64,000 bases of DNA from Eledone cirrhosa. Its lineage: Eukaryota. Below, piece by piece: positions 54,175-64,000 of this stretch (position 1 is the first letter of the stretch; the number at the start of each line of letters is the position of its first letter). Below the pieces are notes generated by a model. The model did no database searches and was not told the origin of the DNA. It saw only the letters and a program-made list of their open reading frames with translations. The stretch covers positions 404,550,001 through 404,614,000 of the forward strand of contig OZ024741.1 of the NCBI GenBank assembly GCA_964016885.1. The letters are read 5' to 3'. A program made the position numbers and the translations under genes.

Positions 54175-55570
54175 TTTTTATTTCCATGTATCTACCACAC
54201 GTGCGCATGCCAACAAAGTCAGAAAACAGCACAGTTCCCATGACTTTCGGAAACATTTTTTAACACTCAGAGTTGCTGAAGCATGGAACAAACTACCTGC
54301 ATCAGTTGTTAGCTGTCGAGACACTGCATCCTTTAAAACCTCCATGGAACAAACTACCTGCATCAGTTGTTAGCTGTCGAGACACTGCATCCTTTAAAAC
54401 CTCCATGGAACAAACTACCTGCATCAGTTGTTAGCTGTCGAGACACTGCATCCTTTAAAACCTCCATGGAACAAACTACCTGCATCAGTTGTTAGCTGCT
54501 GAGACACTGCATCCTTTAAAACCTCCATGGAACAAACTACCTGCATCAGTGGTAGCTGTCGAGACACTGCATCCTTTAAAACCTCCATGGAACAAACTAC
54601 CTGCATCAGTTATTAGCTGTCGAGACACTGCATCCTTTAAAACCTCCATGGAACAAACTACCTGCATCAGTTGTTAGCTGCTGAGACACTGCATCCTTTA
54701 AAACCTCCATGGAACAAACTACCTGCATCAGTTGTTAGCTGTCGAGACACTGCATCCTTTAAAACCTCCATGGAACAAACCACCTGCATCAGTTGTTAGC
54801 TGCTGAGACACTGCATCCTTTAAAACCTCCATGGAACAAACTAACTGCATCAGTTGTTAGCTGTCGAGACACTGCATCCTTTAAAACCTCCATGGAACAA
54901 ACCACCTGCATCAGCTGTTAGCTGTCGAGACACTGCATCCTTTAAAACCTCCATGGAACAAACTACCTGCATCAGCTGTTAGCTGTCGAGACACTGCATC
55001 CTTTAAAACCTCCATGGAACAAACCACCTGCATCAGTTATTAGCTGTTGAGACACTGCATCCTTTAAAACCTCCATGGAACAAACCACCTGCATCAGTTG
55101 TTAGCTGGCGGGACACTGCATCCTTTAAAACCTCCATGGAACAAACTACCTGCATCAGTTGTTAGCTGCTGAGACACTGCATCCTTTAAAACCTCCATGG
55201 AACAAACTACCTGCATCAGTTATTAGCTGCCGAGACACTGCATCCTTTAAAACCTCCATGGAACAAACTACCTGCATCAGTTGTTAGCTGCTGAGACACT
55301 GCATCCTTTAAAACCTCCATGGAACAAACTACCTTCATCAGTTGTTAGCTGCCGAGACACTGCATCCTTTAAAACCTCCATGCTTCCTGAGATTCACCAA
55401 CACTACACCTGATATTCCCCCTCCATACACACGCACACATGTATATCATGACTCATACACTATTCACTTCCCTGACATTTGTATATTATTCTATGTACTA
55501 TACATGCATCTTTGATGAGTTGTAGTGCACCTGAGCACTGTACACAATAATTTCATTATTATTATTACTA
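54175..55570 (+). mobile_element. CR1-type LINE 3' end containing an 18 x 61-bp tandem amplification
   Basis: TRAHANKV...RKHFLTLRVAEAWNKLPASVV..FK is a CR1 ORF2 C-terminus. Tandem units span 54282-55378, then the ORF resumes (MLPEIHQHYT*) before a 3'UTR and (TTA)n tail. Confidence 0.88.
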
Positions 55571-55820
55571 TTTTGTAGAGTTAAAGATTAAGTGAATTTA
55601 CGGTAGAAGTTTTGCTAAGTTATCCTCCAAACACAACAAAACTTTAAACTATTGGAGAGAAATAACACAAATATACACTGGCCAAACTGGGGACATCTTA
55701 AACCAGAATTTCCAAAACGTATTTATCTGCTGCCCATTTCTAGTAAATATATTTCACCAAGCCGACTTCACGCACACTGTCAAATTTATCAAAAATTTAA
55801 ATTGTAGTTTTGGTATCTCC

Positions 55821-56543
55821 GAATTGAGAGATCACAGCTCCGATACTATGGACTTGTGGTTAGAATGTCTCGAGAAAGAATCAGTGGACAGATTTGTAGC
55901 TCTGAGATTAAAGATTCCCGATAGAGCTGCTACTTCTCAGAATTGAGAGATTACAACTCCGATACTATGACCATGTGGTTAAAATGACCTGGGAAAGAAT
56001 CTCTGGACATATTTTAAGTGCAAAACCAATCGAGAAGAATTGAATACTTAGATTTCTGAGATAAATTCGAATCCTATAAACAAACCTTGATGCAGTAACA
56101 ATGAGTTGAGAGCAGCAAGAGTTGTTGTTTCTATCCTTAATTTTCTACCGTTCCAGAGCTTGTCAAAATGATTAGTTGAAAGGAAATAGATAAGGGAGAG
56201 CTCTTTTGTGTTCCTGACAAAAACAAAAACACACCAGGGAGCGAGACCCTACATCGTTTATATATTTACTAGAAATAGCTGTCAAATCTCTTGCGACAAA
56301 CAACAGGTTTAAAGTAGAAAGATATTCTATATAATGTAGTTTTATATTTTCAATATGTTACTTCAATCAAAGCTGGTCTAATGTTACCAATAACAATGCA
56401 ACCATTTACGGTTTCAGACTTGTTACACATCTCAATATGTTTTAATTGATTTTAATCCGGAAACAGAGATATTCCGATTATTTCTAACTGAATTTAAAAT
56501 GAAAGAATCACCATCCACCCCCCTCTCTCTCTATATATATATG

Positions 56544-56629
<86 letters not shown>

Positions 56630-57665
56630 AAGAGTGAAGAATACCATATATATATATATCTCACTCTCGCTCTCTATCTCTCTCTCTCTCTCTCTCTCAT
56701 TATATATATATATATATATCCCTCTATCTATCTATACATTTATTGGTGTCTTAGCAAGACTAAACTATACAATTGATAACTGAGACGGTTACTCAATATG
56801 TTAGTAATTTATTTCATATCGGGGTAGTTATGCTTTAAATATCGAACATTTCTTTATTTCATCTTTTGAAATTTGTTCTCTATTTTGATTTCAGGACAAA
56901 AAAAATGGTAAAAAGGAACAGAAAAAAAGGATAAATAAAAATCGTGTATGATAACTGCTGAAAATGTACTTAAAAATGTATCATAAAACTATAATATACT
57001 TTGTAAATGGAGTAATATATTGTGTGGCTGTTATCTAAACGAAACAAAGAAAAATGGAAATGTTTTATTAATACAATGCAGTAGACACGAGAGAAAAGAT
57101 TGTAAAAAAAAACCAGTTAAGTCGATAGAAAATAATCTAGAATCAAATATACTTTTCTCTTGGGATGCGAAGGAATTAGCAAATAACCAGATAGAAAAAA
57201 GAAGCTCAATGTTTTAAAACTCGTCATAAAACTAATGGTCAACTATACAATTCTATATAGAAAAAAATCGACAACTTGAGAAGTAAATATTTTCTATGTT
57301 GTTGTAAAAGAAGAAAGTATGTTGTTTTGTGGGTTAGGATAATTGATTTGGGAGTTGTGCGCAAACGTGTGATTATATTAGTTTTTAGTGCATTTCATTT
57401 CATCCACAGCTCCGTCCATTGTTCCTTGTTCTGTTACATAAGTGTACAAACCAATGTTAGTATATGAACGTATTTACTTTAATGTGTAGTTATTGAAAAC
57501 TTGTCTTATTCTCGTCAGTGTTTCTAATTCTTCTACTTTTCGTTCTTTCTTCCGATGAAGGACTAACTTTGCCTCAAAATCTGTCCAGTGATTCTTTTCT
57601 GAGACATTCTAACCTTATGCCCATAGTATCGGAACTGTGCTTTCTCAATTCGGGAAAGTAGCAGC
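55821..57665. repeat. ~80-90-bp unit present twice in tandem (55821, 55940) and once inverted (57577-57665)
   Basis: gaattgagagatcacagctccgatactatgg...gtggacagattt versus aaatctgtccagtg...catagtatcggaactgtgctttctcaattc. Confidence 0.7.
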
Positions 57666-57924
57666 AGAACCTAGTGACTTTACTCCAAAGACCCTTCGGA
57701 GAAACTCAATATATCTTATTAATCCTGCATCAATAAAACCAGCAAATACTCAAGAAGAACCTTATATATATCAATCTCACTGTCCTCCGAGAACTACAAA
57801 GGGTTAGAGCACAATCCCTTGCTCCAAACCATTAAAAATCGTAGTTGTTCGCCGCAACAATTTATTGCCAAATATATTCCATGTCTTAATTTAAATTACA
57901 TATTGTATGTATAGTCATATAGAC

Positions 57925-58250
57925 AAGTAACTCCTGATGGAGCCGTAGAGGTAGGGTCATGATATAAGGGATGTCTTTGGCATTTAAACGTTGTGGAGCC
58001 TATCCCCTCGTCAGACAGGAGCAGCTGACCTTTTTCCAAAGAAAGACAGAGAAAAATAGTGGTAAAAAGGGAGTGAGACGGCGCTATAGAGGAGAAATTG
58101 ACCCCAGTACTTGACTGGTAAGTTTTTATCGTCCATGGAGTATGAAAGGCAAGGTTGGTTTCGGCGGGATTTGAACTCAGATCGTGCAGACAGTCGTCAC
58201 AAATATCGCATAACATTCTACTCGACGCTCTGTCGACTCTACCAATTTGC
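57925..58250 (-). mobile_element. SINE family C
   Basis: Reverse complement of head, core and tail seen at 25478-25805. Confidence 0.65.
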
Positions 58251-58799
58251 CACATAAATGACACAAACATATTTATCATGTGTCTTAAATAATAAAATAA
58301 AACTGATATTTTGTTGTGAAACTAATGTTTGTTCATTGTCTCACTATCAAATATGCATTACAAAATTAACAGAAATTCTAGTCTAGTCGCATTCATCAAA
58401 ATATGTGTTTGTAAAGAAACATAGACGAATATTTATTTTTTAGTGATAAAAAATAAAAAAACAACATCCCTATCGTTTGAGACTGGGTGAAGCGCTAGGG
58501 GGAACTCACAGCAGTCTAATTAACCATCATAATATCTTTTCAAATATAGTTTCAGAAGTTATATGAAAGAGAGCAGTGTGCAGGATATTAGCCAGGAGAT
58601 TCATGTGTTGTTGTATGGCGTTGTCTTCAGACAACTAGCCTATTTATTTGCAACAAAGTCTGCTCCGTTAAGATGACCTAAGATGCTGATGTTGATGTTG
58701 GATGTGCATCTAATGCATTCCGTTGCCTTGAAAGAGAAAGACCTGTCCCTTACTTAGTGGACGTACACGCAAAGTTTGTCTTCTAATTTATAAGGTACC

Positions 58800-59145
58800 A
58801 TATGTATGGTATGGTACCGTAACTCTTAATGAAGATGTAAGGGCGCCGTAGTGGCATGCTGTGTTTCTTGAGTAGTTTAAACCTGGTGGAGTCCATCTCA
58901 CTCCTCCAGGACTAAACACAGCAGAGTTATTCCAGTATAGGATAGATAATAGGGGAAGAAGTGACAAAGAGATACAGAGGAAGAATCTAACCAAGTCTTA
59001 GAGAGGTACATTTTTTTATCGACCCCGAAAGGATGAAAGGCAAAGTTGACCTTGATGGGATCGAACTCAGGGATCAGTGAGCTGGAACGAATACTGTAAA
59101 TCATTCTCTCCGACGTTGTAATGACTCTGACAATTTGTCGCCGTC
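58800..59145 (-). mobile_element. SINE family C
   Basis: ttttatcgaccccgaaaggatgaaaggcaaagttgacc core, plus the tail at 58800-58915. Confidence 0.7.
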
Positions 59146-59699
59146 ATCAACAACAGACAGGAGTTTAATTCTTAAACTATGACAGTTTATAATCTAATGA
59201 CATTTATATTGTTGATTGAGTTAGTTTTATTTCACTTTGGTTCTTAAGATTAGTTTTCACATGGAACTAAATCAGGAGATAACCAAAGAATTTAGCAATT
59301 AAAAAATGCGTGCAGAAATAATTTCAGTAGTTCAATTGTAGCCATATGTTGATCAGTCGATAACTAGGCTATCGTTTTACAATACCCACGAGATAAGGAG
59401 ACGTTTCTGTATAGTTTCAGTTTTTATTGAATCTGTATAATCAATACATTTATTTTATTAACTAATATTGAAACTATTAAAAATAAATCAAATAATGTAA
59501 TGAAAGACAATTATAAAAATCAAACAAGAAATATAAAGAAGAAATTAAAACAATAAAAATTTCGAGACAAGATCGACAACATTTCCAATTTTTTCAGGGA
59601 GGAAAAGATTTCATCTCGAAATTTCACTTTCATTTTAAACGTAACGAATTCAACTACTTTTACGGTGTTAGCCGCCATTTTTTCTATTTCATTCAAACG

Positions 59700-59960
<261 letters not shown>

Positions 59961-61332
59961 AAATATATTTGAAATGATCAAAGAATCCAACTATAAACAA
60001 CTGACAAATTGTCGGTTATTGATTATCTTCTTTGAAGTTGAAACACTAAACACCAATTATAAAGTGTGCTTCTCTCTCTCTCTCACTCTCACTCTCTCTC
60101 TCACTCTCTCTCTCACACACACACACTCTACCCAGCCTCACATTGCCCCCTTTCTCCACCTCTTCCTCTCTACTTATCTATCTTCTCTCCCACTTCAACT
60201 TACAAGCGAGTTTTTCGGGATGAAATATTACAATGATAAATGTACAGTAACGTTACAAATAATTCAGACCTTTGAACATGCAACATTCGGATCATTCATT
60301 AATCTTAGCTATGTTGAATTACATGACAACTCAACCGGAATAACACAATTTCTCTGAAATAGATATTAACCTAACATATTCTTTTTGTAGTTACCAAAAA
60401 TATGTTTCTCCTTCTATAACATCTATTTTGTTATTCTTTTTATTGTCCTTTTTTATTATTCTTTTTATGTTTGTCAGATCAGATAATGTTTTTCTGTTAC
60501 TGATCAGTCATATAAGTGGGTGAGAAACAAAAGTATAAGATTATAAAATACAAAGACTAGAATATAGAGTCATGAACTTTGTTCATTGGGAGCTTTATCT
60601 GTGGCTATATGCTAGTCACTCTAGAGGATAAAAGGGATTTACATTGATAAAGAATCATTTTAATAAAGATCTCAATATGGCCGTTTCGAATATTGAGAGA
60701 AAACATCTAACAACTAAAACTACATTACTTCTTCCTTTCTCTACCACATAACACCAACATAATTCATTTCACTGGTTTCAGGGAGATCGCACAACCGGCA
60801 AAAGGACTCAATGAAATATCGTCTACGATGATATCTCGACAGGATAGACATGGCTACTGAATCTCTATTGAAATCACACTAATGCGCTGCCGTACCTAAA
60901 CGACAGACACATTACATATATAAATAAACTACATAGACAATGTGATTGTTGATGTGGTATAAATGACTTTCTATTTTATCTCATCCTCTCCCTTTCTCTT
61001 CGCATCTTTTTTGATCAAATGAAGGATGCAATCCTAATGAGTTGCAATCAAAAGCGAAACTGTCTTATCCTACAGTCATATACTACATCATTCCTAATAA
61101 ATAGAAAAATATGAAAATTAGAACACGTGTTTTCAATTGAAATTGTAAGAGCTAAAGTAGGAATTCCTATGTTGTAGTTTGCCATGCAAGAAATAGCTGT
61201 TAAATCACCCTCAAACCACACTTTTGTTCTATAAAAGTCAAACTCATATTTGATAATGTGATAATCATAAATACAAGGAAATATCACTCAAAATTATCAA
61301 AATATTTGCAACTGTATAACGTATTGTACAAC

Positions 61333-61500
61333 GAAGGTAGGTAGCGTAGTGGCAAGGGTGTTGAAATTACGATCATAACGTTGAGTTCGATTCGTGGACT
61401 AGGTTCTGTTTTGCATTCTTGAGCAAAAGATTTCATTTCACGTTGCTCCAGAATACTCAGCTGAATATGAGTACCAGCCGTAGCTGGGAGTTTAACCCTG
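61333..61500 (+). mobile_element. tRNA-derived SINE family A, diverged
   Basis: gaaggtaggtagcgtagtgg...gagttcgattc...cttgagcaaaagatttcatttcacgttgctccag. Confidence 0.6.
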
Positions 61501-61784
61501 CAAAGGACTGATATAAGCATCGACCTGGTGTGCTTCCAGACTGGAAACAAACTTTAGACTAACTGTGTGTAGTTGAGAATAAATGTAACGTCATTAACCA
61601 TTGATCTACTTGCACCTGTCTGAGTATCACTGGAGCAAACCAATAAAATCTAAAACAACTAAGGTGCCCTAATTAGGAAAATCATTCTTGCAAAGCAGCA
61701 AGAAATTGTAGCCATATTTTCCTTAATTGCTTCACTGCCATCTTGAAAATATTAAAGGTGCATCTTAAATAAAGTCTGAATATA

Positions 61785-61981
61785 CGAGTGTCGGTTGAAA
61801 GGTTCATAGGCTGACTAAGATACTCTCATGGAATGATCAAGTGAGGTTTATTTTTCACATAGTCCTTAGAAAGAAACAATGCAGTTATTAATAAGAAGAG
61901 TTGAAATTAATGTATGTAAGATTTCACAGCACTAGCATCACTCCTTCATAGTCAGCCTATGGATTTTTCAACCGACCCTCG
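61785..61981. mobile_element. Mariner-type MITE with ~30-bp TIRs and TA target-site duplication
   Basis: TA-cgagtgtcggttgaaaggttcataggctgac ... gtcagcctatggatttttcaaccgaccctcg-TA. Confidence 0.85.
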
Positions 61982-62244
61982 TAGTATGTATGTCAGAAAG
62001 AAAGAGGATGTATTTAGGTCTTGAATGAGGATTGTGTGTACACAGAAACACATGTCCCAACCCATGCAAACGCTATCAGAGAACAACAGAATTCATCTCT
62101 CTTATATAAACATGTTTGAATTGGCAGTGTCTTTATCATTTATGTTCATATTATCACAGATCCGAATAAAATCTATTTTAAAATACACTTCAAACTAAAT
62201 CTGGGAGAAAATCTCATAAAATTCTACAATGTAATATTTACTGG

Positions 62245-62575
62245 AAGGCGGCGAATGTGCAGAGTCGTTCTAACGTCAGATACAATGCACTGCGGTATTA
62301 ATTTCGGATCTCTGCCCTCTGAGTTCAAATTCCGCTGACGTCATCTTTGTCTTTCATCAATTTGAGGTCGTTAAAAAAGTACCAGTCAAGTACTGGGATA
62401 GATGTTTCCACTATATCTTTCTCGAATTCTTTCTCTCACTCTCTGTCTTTCTCTGGAAGAAATCTGGTGTGTTGAGACCTGGAGAGGAGATGGGCTCCCC
62501 TAGGTTTGAAAAATGGCATTGAAACACCGTATAGCAATATGGCGCCCCTACGACACCCTCAGGAGTTACGGGTCA
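62245..62575 (+). mobile_element. SINE family C
   Basis: gaaggcggcgaatgtgcagagtcgtt...gagttcaaattcc...tttcatc...gtaccagtc, then CT tract and shared tail. Confidence 0.7.
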
Positions 62576-62581
62576 ACACAA

Positions 62582-62641
<60 letters not shown>

Positions 62642-62646
<5 letters not shown>

Positions 62647-62833
62647 AACAAGTAAGACCCCGACGGCTGAGCTCAAGCCGTTTCGACGGCTAATTCAGTA
62701 CAGAATTAGCCGTCGAAACGGCTTGAGCTCAGCCGTCGGGGTCTTACTTGTTCCTATTACCCACTCTACTACCCTAAGTATTGAGTACTTTGGTGCGTTA
62801 TGGTCCACCTGGTTCCTTACCACATTTCCTTCG

Positions 62834-62836
<3 letters not shown>
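62642..62836 (+). mobile_element. Penelope-like insert in (TA)n beginning with a perfect 55-bp-arm palindrome
   Basis: 62642-62696 is the exact reverse complement of 62703-62757. The rest is homologous to 8241-8376. Confidence 0.6.
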
Positions 62837-62874
<38 letters not shown>

Positions 62875-62887
62875 GATTTATGAATGT

Positions 62888-62931
<44 letters not shown>

Positions 62932-63860
62932 AATATAAACTGTATGCCACAAAAACAACGTTTATGGAACGAGAAGATTTTATCATCACATCCGATCACA
63001 ACCGACAACCATATAGCGATAATTTACCAATTTACCAACATAGACTCTGCAGTACTTATAACCAACAGAATAATTATAAATACATCCAAATTACATATCA
63101 TGCAAACGAACATATGGCGTCACTGATCTACTAGAAATAGCCACAGTCATAAAAACTAGGAACAACCTGAAACATAAAACGCAACTGAAATAATAGCTAA
63201 ACAAATATAAACAAATTTACAGGCTTATAAATAAACGGAACATATAGCGAATATTCGTAGTCAATAAAAAGCAAAAGTCTATCAGTAAATCAGTTTAGAA
63301 TATTATCAAGAACATCAATAATAACAGAGAAATGGTCTGACTGTATCCAATGTCCCAATATCAAACCACATGCGATGCCAAGGAAATAAATCTGTTGGAT
63401 ATTTTCAAAACGTTTACATCAAAAACTTCTTAAAAACAGAAACAGAAACCTAGAGACACTCACCTTTGCCTTGACCAGGTTATTACCCGTTCCTACCATT
63501 AGCACCCGAAATGTAATATAGGGGGGGGGTCTAGAATCTTAAATTCATCGCAACCAGCAAAATTCCTAACATACATCTAATTAACCGATATTTAAAATTG
63601 ATCATACTAAAACTGTCAAATTTCTAGAATTTTTATTTGACCCAATTCATAATATTTCTAAGGCTGAACAAAAATGAGTGACATAGCATTACACCATCTC
63701 ATCATCTCGATGCAACCCCTTCACCATCTAAAAGTGTTAACCCTTGACAATACTAACCAACTTATTATCATTGTCAAAGTAACACACAGCAAATCTGTAT
63801 GTCTTCTTACGAGCAACACCAGAAAACATCAACTACGAGCAACCATGCCACAGAAACATA

Positions 63861-63862
<2 letters not shown>

Positions 63863-63912
<50 letters not shown>

Positions 63913-63957
63913 CAGATACACATACACATACACACACAAGTACAACACACACACAAA
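63863..63957. repeat. (CA)n microsatellite
   Basis: Directly visible. Confidence 0.95.
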
Positions 63958-64000
63958 TATAGGAGCAGTTACATACAACACCGGTACAATAATTCCAACA

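Noticed and set aside
54282-55382. CRISPR-like regularly spaced 61-bp repeats
   Set aside because: The whole unit is repeated with no variable spacer, and it derives from LINE coding sequence.
63465-63510. Minus-strand exon ending at AAG|GTGAGT
   Set aside because: The donor is good, but the nearest acceptor-like site reads tttcGG rather than AG and the peptide is uninformative.

Overview
Eukaryotic, AT-rich, repeat-dominated non-coding DNA. The SINE families and dense (TA)n/(TATG)n/(CA)n tracts look cephalopod (octopus-like), which is my inference from repeat content. I find no intact host gene, only two weak orphan-exon candidates. Main contents: (1) 1-4.0 kb, nested decayed Tx1/L1-clade LINE pieces. 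(2) CRE-type RLE-LINE 3' relics, an internally deleted mariner, mariner MITEs and many tRNA-headed SINEs. (3) Several short Penelope-like inserts in microsatellite tracts, with inverted-repeat architecture and hammerhead-ribozyme-like cores, including a non-canonical CAGAAGA variant and a perfect palindrome folded back at hammerhead stem II. (4) A 12.8-24.3 kb (TATG)n-embedded cluster holding a near-full-length R4/Dong-type RLE-LINE, its truncated copies (all minus strand) and five ~600-bp RTE-derived non-autonomous elements (all plus strand). The R4-type 3' ends repeatedly sit tail-to-tail in the (ATGT)n tails of the RTE elements. (5) A ~21.4-kb satellite of a ~22-bp unit with multi-kb higher-order block duplications. 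(6) Minisatellites, including 18 x 61 bp amplified from a CR1-type LINE C-terminus. Most ORFs in the supplied track are microsatellite or satellite artefacts. Coordinates were read by eye and may be off by a few bases.
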